This document shows, piece by piece, positions 1 to 9,631 of a DNA stretch of 64,000 bases; position 1 is the first letter of the stretch, and the number at the start of each line of letters is the position of its first letter. Origin of the DNA: Gemmatimonadota bacterium (GTDB lineage: Bacteria; Gemmatimonadota; Gemmatimonadetes; Palauibacterales; Palauibacteraceae); assembly GCA_039588275.1 (NCBI GenBank), contig JBDHAC010000013.1, forward strand, positions 1 to 64,000. Direction: 5' to 3'. The notes beneath the pieces are model-generated. The model saw nothing but the letters and a program-made list of their open reading frames with translations. It did not search any database and was not told where the DNA came from. The translations under genes and the position numbers were made by a program.

Positions 1-1
1 G

Positions 2-520
2 AGTCGGCAGGACCAGGTCCGGGTCCTCACCTGGCAGGAGGCGATGCCCTCGCTCGACGCCGCGGTGAAGATGGATGACTTCGGCGACTACGTGTTTCAC
101 GTCGTGACCCTCGTCATCGTGGCACTGGCGATCGTGAACACGATCTTGATGTCGGTGCTGCACCGGACCCGCGAGTTCGGCGTCGTGCGGGCCCTCGGGC
201 TCACGCCGCGGGACACGGGAACCCAGGTCATGGTCGAGGGACTCGTGCTCTCCGCCGTGAGCGGCGTGATCGGGATCATCGTCGGGTTCGCGGTGACCTG
301 GCTGTTCTGGCGTGACGGGCTGGATTTCTCGGGGATGATGGGCGACGGGATCCGAGGGGCCGGGGTAATGCTGGAGCCGATCTTCTACCCGCAGTTCACC
401 CTGCGCGTGCTCCTGCAGAGCTTCACGTTCGTGTTCGCGGTCGGGGTGCTCGCGTCGCTGTACCCGGCGTACCGGGCGACGAAGATCGAGATCGCCGACG
501 CGATGAAGTTCGAGGAATGA
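2..520 (+). CDS. ABC transporter permease, FtsX/LolC-E/MacB family (5'-truncated by window)
   Basis: Frame open from base 2. FtsX signature NTILMSVLHRTREFGVVRALG, TM helices, C-terminal LYPAYRATKIEIADAMK. Confidence 0.9.
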   Translation, partial: SRQDQVRVLTWQEAMPSLDAAVKMDDFGDYVFHVVTLVIVALAIVNTILMSVLHRTREFGVVRALGLTPRDTGTQVMVEGLVLSAVSGVIGIIVGFAVTWLFWRDGLDFSGMMGDGIRGAGVMLEPIFYPQFTLRVLLQSFTFVFAVGVLASLYPAYRATKIEIADAMKFEE

Positions 521-536
521 GGGGGAGGCGAGCAGG

Positions 537-1313
537 ATGAGTCAGGCGCCGGCGGTCCGCACGGATGGGGTGTGGAAGGTGTTCGAGCACGACGGGATCG
601 CCGTCGAAGCCGTGCGAGGGGTGTCACTCGTCATCGAACCGGGGGAGTTCGTCGTTCTCGCCGGACCGTCCGGCTCGGGAAAGACGACGCTGCTCAACCT
701 GATCGGCGGGCTGACGCGGCCGACCGACGGTTCCATATGGATCGACGGTAGAGACATCTCGCAGCTCTCGGAACGCGAGCTGGCGGCGCTCCGCCTGGAA
801 CGCGTCGGCTTCGTGTTCCAGGCCTACAACCTCCTTCCCGTCCTCACGGCGCTCGAGAACGCCGAGTTCACGCTCCTGCTCCGTGGTGTGCCGGAAGGGG
901 AGCGTCGTCGAGCCGTCGAGGCGCTGTTCGCGGAGTTGGGAATCTCCGGCCTCGAGAGCCGGCGCCCCGGGAAGCTCTCCGGCGGGCAGCAGCAGCGCGT
1001 CGCGGTGGCCCGCGCCGTGGCGGGAGAACCGGCTCTCGTACTCGCGGATGAGCCCACGGCCAACCTCGACACCGCGACCAGCGGAGCGCTGATCGACTTG
1101 ATGGCCCAGCTGAACCGCGACCGGGGAACGACCTTCGTTTTCGCGACGCACGATACGCGACTCATGCGGAGAGCCCGCCGCCTGATTCGACTCGTGGACG
1201 GAGCCATCGCCGAGGACGAGGAGCGATCCTCGACGCGGTCGTCTCCCCGACCGCCGCCCGCTGCACCATCATCGGCGGACTCGTCTTCGGCCGGGTCAGC
1301 CAGCCCCGACTGA
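537..1313 (+). CDS. ABC transporter ATP-binding protein, LolD/MacB-type
   Basis: Walker A GPSGSGKT, signature LSGGQQQRV, Walker B VLADEPTANLD, H-loop ATHD. Confidence 0.95.
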   Translation: MSQAPAVRTDGVWKVFEHDGIAVEAVRGVSLVIEPGEFVVLAGPSGSGKTTLLNLIGGLTRPTDGSIWIDGRDISQLSERELAALRLERVGFVFQAYNLLPVLTALENAEFTLLLRGVPEGERRRAVEALFAELGISGLESRRPGKLSGGQQQRVAVARAVAGEPALVLADEPTANLDTATSGALIDLMAQLNRDRGTTFVFATHDTRLMRRARRLIRLVDGAIAEDEERSSTRSSPRPPPAAPSSADSSSAGSASPD

Positions 1314-1316
1314 ACC

Positions 1317-2528
1317 ATGCACGGTCGCCGCATCGCCGTCCTCGCGGCGCTGGGCGCCGTACAAACCACCCTCGGTCCGGCAGCTCGCCCGGCCGCCAGG
1401 AGTCTCCACGGGCAGGCGCCCGAGCTCCGCGGCTACTACCTGCACATCGTCTCGGCGGCCGATTCCGGGCTGTTCTCTCCCTCGGCCGCCACGGACTTCA
1501 AGCGCCTGCGTGCGATGCTCTCCCCAACCGTTGGGCCCCTCGAAGTGGAGATCGCGTACGAGCACGTGCTGAGCGCATCGACGGCGGCCGACCCCGGGTT
1601 CGCGACCGGCCTCGGCACCGCTGCGGGCGGCGAATGGGCGCATCTGCAGGGGACCCTGGCCGAGTCCGGCTCGGTCGAGTGGCGTCACCGCGTCGATCGC
1701 CTGGCGGTCAGTTACGCACCGCTCACGGACGTCGAGCTGACCCTCGGGCGTCAGACGATCTCCTGGGCCACGACCTTGTTGCTCACCCCGGCTGATCCGT
1801 TTGCACCGTTCACGCCCGAAGAGCCGTTCCGGGATTATCGGGCCGGGGTGGACGCGTTTCGGGCTCGGGCGTTCCTCGGCCCGTTCTCCGATCTGGATTT
1901 GGTGGCGCGACCGACGGATACGTCGGAGGGCACGACCCTGACCGCGCTCGCGAGGCTCCATACGGTCATCTCCGGGTGGGAACTGTCGACCTGGGCGGGC
2001 TTGCTGCACGATGGCGGCGCGGCGGCGGTGGGGGTGACCGGGACGTTCGCGGGAGCCGCAGCGCGCGCCGAAGGGGTCGTGCGACGGGTCGATGATTCGA
2101 CCGCCCTGCGATTCACGGTCGGGGTGGACCGCAGCTTCCCGGTCGCGGGGAGGGACCTGTATCTCGTGGCCGAGTACCAGCGCGACGGTCTGGGAGCCGC
2201 CTCCGTCTCGGACCTTCCGATCGTGCTGGCGAGCGGACCCTTCGAACGCGGCGAGCTTCAAGTAGTCGGTCGCCACACCGCGGCGCTGCAGGCCAGTTAC
2301 CAGCCGGACGCGCTGTGGGCCACGAGCCTCCTGTTACTCTCCAACCTGGGCGACCCCAGCCTTCTCATCGGTCCCGGGGTCAGTTATTCCGTGAGCGACG
2401 AAGCCACGGCGCGCGCCGGAATCTTCCTGGGCTTCGGCGATGAGTTGGCGGCGGATGGGGTTCTGCCGGGCTCGGAGTACGGGGCGGTGCCGTCGTTCGC
2501 GTACGTCGCCCTCGCCGCGTTCTTCTAG
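1317..2528 (+). CDS. Secreted probable outer-membrane beta-barrel protein linked to the ABC operon
   Basis: Signal-peptide-like N-terminus, LTLGRQTISW motif, alternating beta-strand pattern, C-terminal Phe. Starts 3 bp after the ATPase stop. Confidence 0.7.
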   Translation: MHGRRIAVLAALGAVQTTLGPAARPAARSLHGQAPELRGYYLHIVSAADSGLFSPSAATDFKRLRAMLSPTVGPLEVEIAYEHVLSASTAADPGFATGLGTAAGGEWAHLQGTLAESGSVEWRHRVDRLAVSYAPLTDVELTLGRQTISWATTLLLTPADPFAPFTPEEPFRDYRAGVDAFRARAFLGPFSDLDLVARPTDTSEGTTLTALARLHTVISGWELSTWAGLLHDGGAAAVGVTGTFAGAAARAEGVVRRVDDSTALRFTVGVDRSFPVAGRDLYLVAEYQRDGLGAASVSDLPIVLASGPFERGELQVVGRHTAALQASYQPDALWATSLLLLSNLGDPSLLIGPGVSYSVSDEATARAGIFLGFGDELAADGVLPGSEYGAVPSFAYVALAAFF

Positions 2529-2586
2529 CCGCTCGATTCCTTCTGGGCCCCTGGCGGCATGCCGCTCCCCGGCGGAGCCTCGACTC

Positions 2587-3075
2587 TCACAGGGTCTCGC
2601 CGCTCTCCTCGATCTTGCGCCACAGAAGTGGGTGGCGTTTGGCCAGGTAGGTGCCCATCACGGCTGCCGCGACGATGTTGGCACCCAGGATCGCCCACCA
2701 CGGAAGCACATCGCCGAGGGGGTCACCAAAGGCGGTGATGAAGAACACGCTGAGGAAGAAGACGCTGACGCACGCGAAGAACGCCACGTACCACACCGCG
2801 GGGTGGAGTTCCACCTCGTACGCCAACCAGGCGACGAGCACGCCGACCGCCAGGAATACGAGCAGGTGCAGGCCGTTGTAGGCCAGCACGGGCGCGGCGG
2901 ACACGAAGCGCTCCGCATCCGTCGAGATCAGCCCGCTTCCGAACCGCGCGGGCGTGTAGAACAGCGAGCGACCGAGCGCCAGATCGATGAGGCTGATGAG
3001 GATCACGACGGCCACGTACCCGAGCACGCCCGTGAACAACCCGTCAACCCAGACCGAGGATCGAGAGGTCTCCAT
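2587..3075 (-). CDS. Uncharacterised multi-pass (4-5 TM) membrane protein
   Basis: Hydrophobic helices. ATG at 3075 (METSRSS) preceded by an AGGAGG RBS. Confidence 0.75.
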   Translation of the reverse strand: METSRSSVWVDGLFTGVLGYVAVVILISLIDLALGRSLFYTPARFGSGLISTDAERFVSAAPVLAYNGLHLLVFLAVGVLVAWLAYEVELHPAVWYVAFFACVSVFFLSVFFITAFGDPLGDVLPWWAILGANIVAAAVMGTYLAKRHPLLWRKIEESGETL

Positions 3076-3147
3076 AGCATCACCTCCTTGCCGGGGCACA
3101 CGCCGCCTCCCGTAGCACGTCACTCGAGTCTCCAGGACCTCGCCGGG

Positions 3148-3161
3148 GCAATCCACGTACC
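3148..3161 (-). promoter_or_regulatory. Candidate sigma54 -24/-12 promoter
   Basis: Minus strand AGGTACG-TGGA-TTGC = GG-N10-GC, about 70 bp upstream of the 3075 start. Confidence 0.4.
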
Positions 3162-3429
3162 TGCCGGCCGGATGTCATCGGAACCCCCGATGCGTCGTTG
3201 CACTCCAGAGTAAAACCCGCCGCTATGCAGTTGAGACGCCGGACGACGCCTCGCGCGTTCTGCGCCGATCCGCCCCAGCCGCTGGGGTGCCACCCGGACA
3301 TTCCGTCCCGGTCCCGACGGTTTCGCACTTCCCGCGACCGGCACGGGGCTCGGGGCACGAGTTCGTCTTTCGCGTCCGTCGCGAATCCGTCAGGTTGGCG
3401 CACGGTCCACGAACTCGAACGGCATCTCC

Positions 3430-4284
3430 ATGATCGGACTGGGTCTCACGAGACGAGCCTCCCTGCGCTTCGCACTGGGCGGCGCCGCGGTCGTATACGG
3501 GTGCGGGGCGGCCCGAAGCCCCGACAGCACCCTGAATGCCGTGTTGTGGGTGCAGAGCTCGGCCGAGTACGCGGCGGCGGCGGCCGGGATTTATGGCGCG
3601 GCGCTTCGGGCGCTGGAGATGGGGCTAGCCGACTCCTCGTGGACGGCTGCCGCGGAGCAGGACGGTGATTACCGGAGGCTTCCCGCGGCCGTGATCCTGG
3701 ACGTGGATGAGACGGTTCTGGACAACACGGCTTACCAGGCGCGGCTGATCGAGGATGGCCAGGTGTACGGGTCCGAGACGTGGAGCGCATGGGTGAGTGA
3801 GGCGCAGGCGGCGGCCGTTCCAGGCGCGCTCGAGTTCACCAGCGCGGCCGCCAGCGCCGCGGTCACCGTGTTCTACGTGACGAACCGCGACGCGGCCCTC
3901 GAAGACGCCACGCGCGCCAACCTGGAGCGCCTCGGCTTTCCGTTGGCCGGCCAGACCGACGTCATCCTCACGCGTGGCGAGCGACCGGAATGGGGCTCCG
4001 ACAAATCACCTCGGCGCGCCCACATCGCTCAGAGATTCCGTATCGTCCTGCTGGTCGGTGACGACCTGAACGATTTCGTATCGGCCGACCGCGCGTCAGT
4101 CGTCCAGCGAAGCGCCCTGGTGGAGCGACACCGCGAAGATTGGGGCACCCGGTGGATCGTCCTCCCGAACCCCATGTACGGCTCCTGGGAGCGTTCGCTC
4201 ATCGGGAGTGCCGACCTGTCCGAGAGCGAGGCGCTTCAGCTGAAGCGGCGGCGCCTGGAGGCGGCCAGGCCACCCCCTTACTAG
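3430..4284 (+). CDS. Class C acid phosphatase / 5'-nucleotidase lipoprotein e(P4) family (HAD)
   Basis: ILDVDETVLDN, VTNR, GDDLNDF and LPNPMYGSWE motifs. TRRASL twin-Arg-like signal and VYGC lipobox. Confidence 0.9.
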   Translation: MIGLGLTRRASLRFALGGAAVVYGCGAARSPDSTLNAVLWVQSSAEYAAAAAGIYGAALRALEMGLADSSWTAAAEQDGDYRRLPAAVILDVDETVLDNTAYQARLIEDGQVYGSETWSAWVSEAQAAAVPGALEFTSAAASAAVTVFYVTNRDAALEDATRANLERLGFPLAGQTDVILTRGERPEWGSDKSPRRAHIAQRFRIVLLVGDDLNDFVSADRASVVQRSALVERHREDWGTRWIVLPNPMYGSWERSLIGSADLSESEALQLKRRRLEAARPPPY

Positions 4285-4709
4285 GTGCCCGTACCTTTGA
4301 CGAGCAACACGGGGCACCGCGCCAGGATGGCGATCTTGTAGCTGAGCGTCGCCCACCCCGAGCTCGGATCGTCGAGCCGCACGCGGTGCGAGTTGAGGAT
4401 GATCAGATCCACGTCGTTCTCTTCCGCGAACTCGACGATGGTCTCCGCACGCTTTCCGTACTCGATGCGCTGGTGCATTCGCACCCCGGCCGCGCGCACC
4501 GGCTCGGCGAGCTCACGCATGGTCTGGACCGCGTTCGCTTCCAGCCTGTCGTAGAACGCGGCGAGCTCCTCGAACGGGAGATCGAGCGTCTCGATCACGT
4601 GGATGAAGGTCACCTCCCCACCCGTTTCGAGGGCCAGATCGCGTGAAGTCTCGATCGCCCGGAGGTTCTCGTCGGTCAGGTCCACCGGGACGAGGATGTT
4701 CTCGAACAT
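4281..4709 (-). CDS. Universal stress protein (single USP domain)
   Basis: MFENILVPVD..., FIHV, G.AETIVEFAEENDVDLIIL, ARCPVLLVK. Confidence 0.92.
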   Translation of the reverse strand: MFENILVPVDLTDENLRAIETSRDLALETGGEVTFIHVIETLDLPFEELAAFYDRLEANAVQTMRELAEPVRAAGVRMHQRIEYGKRAETIVEFAEENDVDLIILNSHRVRLDDPSSGWATLSYKIAILARCPVLLVKGTGT

Positions 4710-4797
4710 TCGTGCCCCCGTTCCTTCTGGCAGGGCGCTGAAGAGCCTCGGCGGCCTGCGATGTCCGTGCCCGCCGTATGCCGGGCGACCCGACGTG

Positions 4798-6312
4798 CTA
4801 CCCCTTGAGCACCCCGATCGGGTGCAGGCGAACCACCTTCGAGCCGATTCCGGCACGGTCGACGACGTTCACGACCTCCGCCACGTCCTTGTAGGCCTCC
4901 GGCACCTCTTCGGCGATCGTCGCGAACGATGCCGCGCGAACCTCGATCCCCTGCTCTCGGAACTCGCGACGCAGGTCACGACCGCGGACCGTCCTCTTCG
5001 CCTGCCGGCGGCTCATTCGCCGGCCCGCACCATGACACGTCGAACCGAACGTCTCGCGATACGCGGCCTCCGTCCCCACCAGCACGAAGGAATACCTGCC
5101 CATGTCCCCCGGGATCAGTACGGGCTGGCCGACATCCTGGTAGACCGCCGGGAGTTCCGGGTGCCCGGGCGGATAGGCGCGTGTGGCACCTTTGCGGTGC
5201 ACGCACAGGCGTCGACGTTTCCCGTCTACCTCGTGCGTCTCCCACTTCGCGTTGTTGTGCGCGACATCGTACACGAGGGTCATGCCGAGGTCCATCCACG
5301 CGCGACCGAGCACGCGTTCGAACGCGATCCTCACCCGGTGCGCCATCATCTGCCGATTGGCGAATGCGAAGTTGGCCGCCGCCGCCATCGCCCCCAGGTA
5401 ACGCTCGGCCTCGGGCGACTCCAACGGCGCGCAAGCGAGTTGTTTGTCCGGCAGGTCGATTCCATACCCGCGGCTCGCGTCCAGCATGACGTCGAGAAAA
5501 TCCGTGCACACCTGGTGGCCGAGACCCCGGGAGCCCGAGTGGATGAAGACGGTGACCGTGCCGGCCTCGAGCCCGAGCCGCGTGGCAGCCGTCCGGTCAT
5601 ATACCTCATCGACATATCCGATCTCGATGAAGTGGTTGCCCGACCCGACGGTGCCCAGCTGCGGCCGGCCACGCGTTATCGCCCGCGCGCTGACCTGTGA
5701 GGGATCCGCCCCTTCGAGCACCCCGCCGCTCTCGATCCGTTCCAGATCCGAGTCGCTCCCGAAACCCTCGCCGACGGCCCAGCCCGCGCCCTCGGAGAGC
5801 ACGGCCCGCACCGATTCCTCGCTCAGCTTGAAGCGCGCCGAACCCGCTCCCACCCCCGCCGGAACGTCCCGCTGGATCTGGTTCATGAGGCTCGGGGTGT
5901 GCGGCGCGACGTCATCGATGTGGATGTCCGATCGGAGCAGCCGAACCCCGCAGTTGATGTCGTAGCCGACGCCGCCGGGACTGATTACGCCGCCCTCGTC
6001 GGGATCGAAGGCGGCCACGCCCCCGATCGCGAAGCCGTAGCCCCAATGGATGTCGGGCATCCCGATGGATCTACCTACGATCCCCGGGAGGCAGGCGACG
6101 TTCGCCACCTGTCGTACAGCCTGATCTCCCCGGATATCCGAGATGAGGGCCCGGTCCGCGTACACGAGTCCTTCGACCCGCATGTTCCCCTGGCGGGGGA
6201 TGAGCCAACGGTACTCGTCGAGCTGACGGAATTCGATCGGCGGCTCTGCGCCTCGCGGCTTGCGAGGGCTCCCGCGCCTTCCTGTCGATGGTCTGGTCCT
6301 GGTCTTACTCAT
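4798..6312 (-). CDS. rtcB: RtcB RNA-splicing/repair ligase (3'-phosphate/5'-OH)
   Basis: MPDIHWGYG, GYDINCG, GTVGSGNHFIE, HSGSRG, YDVAHN, HRKGAT, PGDMG, STCHGAGR (guanylylated His), EEVPEAYK. Confidence 0.97.
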   Translation of the reverse strand: MSKTRTRPSTGRRGSPRKPRGAEPPIEFRQLDEYRWLIPRQGNMRVEGLVYADRALISDIRGDQAVRQVANVACLPGIVGRSIGMPDIHWGYGFAIGGVAAFDPDEGGVISPGGVGYDINCGVRLLRSDIHIDDVAPHTPSLMNQIQRDVPAGVGAGSARFKLSEESVRAVLSEGAGWAVGEGFGSDSDLERIESGGVLEGADPSQVSARAITRGRPQLGTVGSGNHFIEIGYVDEVYDRTAATRLGLEAGTVTVFIHSGSRGLGHQVCTDFLDVMLDASRGYGIDLPDKQLACAPLESPEAERYLGAMAAAANFAFANRQMMAHRVRIAFERVLGRAWMDLGMTLVYDVAHNNAKWETHEVDGKRRRLCVHRKGATRAYPPGHPELPAVYQDVGQPVLIPGDMGRYSFVLVGTEAAYRETFGSTCHGAGRRMSRRQAKRTVRGRDLRREFREQGIEVRAASFATIAEEVPEAYKDVAEVVNVVDRAGIGSKVVRLHPIGVLKG

Positions 6313-6333
6313 CGCACCGGCTCGCCGTTTGAT

Positions 6334-6822
6334 TCACACGTCGAAGATCACCCGCGCGTGCCATCCTGGGCCTACGGGGCCCACGTCGAGATCGTGGTAC
6401 GTGACACCCTTGAGCTCCCGAACGGGCGCTCCTTCGGTCCGGTGCAGCCCGACGCGGGCCACGAGATGCGTATCGCTCAAAGACTCGAACTCGAAATCTG
6501 CCGGAACGAGCTCTTGCGCGTCGTACAGGTACAGCAGCTCCTGGAGCCACCGCGCGAGCAGCACGTCCACCGTCGTGGCCCGCAGGCTGATCCCGAGTTC
6601 CCGGCGCTCGCGCGTATCGACCGATTCGGTTTCCTCCGTGAAGAGGGCGGAGTCCGGATCGTCCCACATGAGCGCGAACATGCCGGCAGCCGCGCGCTGG
6701 AAGATGGCATCTCGCGTCGATCCCACGACCTCGATGCCGAGGTCGGCTGTATGATCGAGCTCGCGGACCCCCGGATGGATCTCATCCCCCGAGGTGCATG
6801 CCTGCGGTTCCTCGCGATCCAT
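6334..6822 (-). CDS. Archease (RtcB activator)
   Basis: LDHTAD, ELKGVTYH and C-terminal VIFDV motifs. Directly upstream of rtcB. Exact start uncertain. Confidence 0.93.
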   Translation of the reverse strand: MDREEPQACTSGDEIHPGVRELDHTADLGIEVVGSTRDAIFQRAAAGMFALMWDDPDSALFTEETESVDTRERRELGISLRATTVDVLLARWLQELLYLYDAQELVPADFEFESLSDTHLVARVGLHRTEGAPVRELKGVTYHDLDVGPVGPGWHARVIFDV

Positions 6823-7061
6823 CACAACCCTCACGCGTGTCACGCTCAATCTAACGTGCGCTGACCCGAATGGTGACCGCACCGTTGGGACAAACCGCGC
6901 TCCGGCGCCGTCGGGACCCGGCCAGAATGTCTCGGCGGATCTCGCTTCGCGATCGATGCGAGGACCCGCAGTCCGCGATGAAATCGCCGTTTGGAGCGCC
7001 CACGGTACCCCGGTCCGAAACAGGCAGTGATCGAGGGCCGGTGGATAGAACGGAGGTGGTC

Positions 7062-7496
7062 ATGTCCGTAGGCACAATCTGCAGTCAATCCGTCGTGACG
7101 GCGGGCGCGAACGAATCGATCCGCGAGGCAGCTCGACGGATGGCACGGCTATCGGTCGGCACGCTGGTCGTGACGGACCTCGACCAGGGTGAACGCCCGA
7201 TCGGCATCCTCACGGACCGCGACATCGTGACGCGCTGCATAGCTGCCGGATTGGATCCGGACAACAATCCGGTATCCAGCATCATGTCGGTCCCGGTGCG
7301 CTCCGTCGGCGAGGATACGCCCGTCGCGGATGCCCTCTCCATCATGGCGGGCGGAGGCATGCGCCGTCTGGTGGTTACCAACGCGCAGGACCGACTGGTG
7401 GGGATCCTGGCATTGGACGATGTGATCGAACTGCTCGTGAAGGAGGCGGACGCGGTCGGACGCCTGTTGCTGAAGGCCACGCCGGCGGCGGTCTGA
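7062..7496 (+). CDS. CBS-pair protein (Hrp1/Rv2626c-like)
   Basis: GGAGG RBS. IREAARRM...GILTDRDIV...IMS.PV...RRLVV...VGILALDD. Confidence 0.92.
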   Translation: MSVGTICSQSVVTAGANESIREAARRMARLSVGTLVVTDLDQGERPIGILTDRDIVTRCIAAGLDPDNNPVSSIMSVPVRSVGEDTPVADALSIMAGGGMRRLVVTNAQDRLVGILALDDVIELLVKEADAVGRLLLKATPAAV

Positions 7497-7534
7497 GTCC
7501 CCGGTTTGCCGAGGGTCGTGCGAGAGAGAGCAGG

Positions 7535-8122
7535 TCAGGCGTTCCGTTCGCCCGCGACGACTCTCAGCACGTCGAACGTGGTCACGATGCCCCGGAGCAG
7601 CCCCCGCTCCAGGACGAGCGCACGGTGGACTTTCGCGGTGAGCAGGAATCGCGCGAGTCCCTGAACCGTAGTGCTCGGGCGCACGCTCAAGCGAGCCGGC
7701 ATCATGATGTCCGCCACCGTTCTGGCACCGAACGGGGTCGGCGCCAGGAGCGGGACGAGATCGTGTTGGTGCAGGGTGCCGCCGGCGTCCCGGAAGAAGG
7801 CCGACACGCTCCCGGACTCACTTTCCTCGAGAGCGAAAGCGACCTCGGACTGCGCGTCCGACTCCCGGCTCGGACCCGATTCGCGCACGGGCGGCTCCGT
7901 CGTCTCACTCGATACGAGCCGCAGGACATCGCTCGCCGAAACGACCCCGACGACGCTGCCCCCGCGATCGATCACGGGAGCGCCCGTGATCTGCCGGTCC
8001 AGGAGCGTCCGAGCGAGCTGCGCCACGCTCATGGTCGGCTCCACCGTCAGAACACTCGTCTGCATGATGTCGGCCACCTTCATGTTCGCAGCATCGAGCC
8101 GGGTCGTTTGAGCCGGGTTCAT
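7535..8122 (-). CDS. CBS-pair protein with acidic insert
   Basis: KVADIMQ...ITGAPVID...VGVVSASDVL and VADIMM...VHRALVL...GIVTTFDVL. GGAGAGGAGG RBS. Confidence 0.9.
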   Translation of the reverse strand: MNPAQTTRLDAANMKVADIMQTSVLTVEPTMSVAQLARTLLDRQITGAPVIDRGGSVVGVVSASDVLRLVSSETTEPPVRESGPSRESDAQSEVAFALEESESGSVSAFFRDAGGTLHQHDLVPLLAPTPFGARTVADIMMPARLSVRPSTTVQGLARFLLTAKVHRALVLERGLLRGIVTTFDVLRVVAGERNA

Positions 8123-8160
8123 GGCGCCTCCTCTCCGGGCCGGGCCCGCATACGTCCGGT

Positions 8161-8174
8161 GCGCGAATCGTGCC
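8161..8174 (-). promoter_or_regulatory. Candidate sigma54 -24/-12 promoter of the CBS gene
   Basis: Minus strand GGGCACG-ATTC-GCGCA = GG-N10-GC, about 40 bp upstream of the ATG. The -12 box is imperfect. Confidence 0.3.
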
Positions 8175-8343
8175 CCGGCAGCGCCTTTTGGACGCGAGCT
8201 AAAACCTGTTGGCGTGCGGGCGCTTCAGGGGGCACCCGTCGGTGCATGGCGACTCCTCCTGAGGCAACCTGTCCCACGGTCCCTCCGAGTCATGGGGAGG
8301 AGCGTCGCACGCCAGGTGGGTATAGAATGGACTGTCCGTAAAC

Positions 8344-9567
8344 GTGGGACTCGCGGCGTCGGATGCCGCGAGCCGAGAGGAGGTGACTTTGGACTTCTTC
8401 GGGCGTGCTCACCTCGATGAGCTGATGAGAGCTTCGTCCGCGCCTGCCATCTCGATCTACCTGCCCACCAGCCGGGGGCGATCGGCCGCCGATCATGATC
8501 GCCTGCGATTCAAATCGGCCCTCAAGCGCGCGCGCGCCCTCATCGAGGAGACGGATGGCTCGGAGGCGCGCCGATTGAGTGATCTGCTCGACCCACTGGA
8601 GCCTCTGGCGCGTGAGCGCAGGTACTGGAATGGGGCGAAAGGCGGGCTGGCGGTGTTTCGCTCGCCAGAGATCAGCCGCCGCTTCAGGCTCCCCGCGGAC
8701 TTCCCGGAGCTGGTGGTGGTCGGACCGACCTTCCACACTCGACCGCTTGTCGGCTTCCTCCAGGCCCCGGATCGATACTGGGTGCTGGATCTGAGCCAGG
8801 GGCGTGTCCGACTGTGGGCCGGGGACGTGAGCGGCCTCCATCCGGTCGACGCGGAATCGCTCCCGGGGAGCCTGGACGAGGCCCTCGGCTACGAGTACTC
8901 GCGCGATTACGAAGTCGTGCACAGGAGCGGACCTCCAGACGGCCGTAGCGCTCAGCGCGGGGGCGTCCTCGGGTCCTTCCACGGGCATGGTGTCGGGGCG
9001 AACGACCGCGAGCCGGAGCTGCGGCGTTTCTTCAAGGCGGTCGACGACGCGTTGAACGGGCTCCTGGGACCCGAGAGCGGACCGGTGGTCCTGGCCGCGG
9101 TCGCCGAGCACCATTCGCTGTACCGTGCGACGAGCCGTCTGGACACGCTTGAGCCGACGGGGATCGAAGCGTCCGTGCGCGATTGGGGGGCGCAACAGCT
9201 ACATCGTAGAGCCTGGCCACTCGCGCTGCGGGCGGCGGACGCACAGATCGAGCGGGCTCTCGAGCTGTGGGAGAGCAGCTACGGACGGAGCAAGACGGAG
9301 CAGGGGCCGGTGAACATGGGTCCCCTCGCCATGGCGGGACGCGTACGCCTGCTCCTCATCGAGCGCGGACGCCGTCTGTGGGGAAGCCTCGACCGGGCTA
9401 CCGGCCGTATCCAGGTGCGTCACGATGGCGGCGACGACCCCGGCGCCGACGTGGTCGAGCTCCTCGACGAGCTTACCGAGGTCGTGCTGCTCAAGGGTGG
9501 TCGTACCCTCGCGCTGCCCCCGGAGAGGATGCCCACGACCACCGGGGCTGCCGCGATTCTGCGATAG
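8344..9567 (+). CDS. Bacterial archaeo-eukaryotic release factor-like protein (baeRF family 3/7-like), putative Balon-type ribosome hibernation factor
   Basis: PAISIYLPT, GLAVF, VGPTFHTRPL, YWVLDLSQ.RVRLW, FHGHG, FFKAVDDAL, PVVLAA, GRVRLLL and C-terminal GAAAILR. No GGQ. Confidence 0.8.
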   Translation: MGLAASDAASREEVTLDFFGRAHLDELMRASSAPAISIYLPTSRGRSAADHDRLRFKSALKRARALIEETDGSEARRLSDLLDPLEPLARERRYWNGAKGGLAVFRSPEISRRFRLPADFPELVVVGPTFHTRPLVGFLQAPDRYWVLDLSQGRVRLWAGDVSGLHPVDAESLPGSLDEALGYEYSRDYEVVHRSGPPDGRSAQRGGVLGSFHGHGVGANDREPELRRFFKAVDDALNGLLGPESGPVVLAAVAEHHSLYRATSRLDTLEPTGIEASVRDWGAQQLHRRAWPLALRAADAQIERALELWESSYGRSKTEQGPVNMGPLAMAGRVRLLLIERGRRLWGSLDRATGRIQVRHDGGDDPGADVVELLDELTEVVLLKGGRTLALPPERMPTTTGAAAILR

Positions 9568-9631
9568 GGCGCCGTCGCTGCACGCGCGGTGTGCTGCCGG
9601 GCCCATGCGTGTGCCTCAGCGCCGGCGCCGC

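Noticed and set aside
3170..3330. Several short hairpins suggesting a riboswitch or ncRNA (similarly 39010-39480 and 17140-17380)
   Set aside because: No recognisable family motif, and short stems are expected by chance at this GC content. An Infernal/Rfam scan would be needed.
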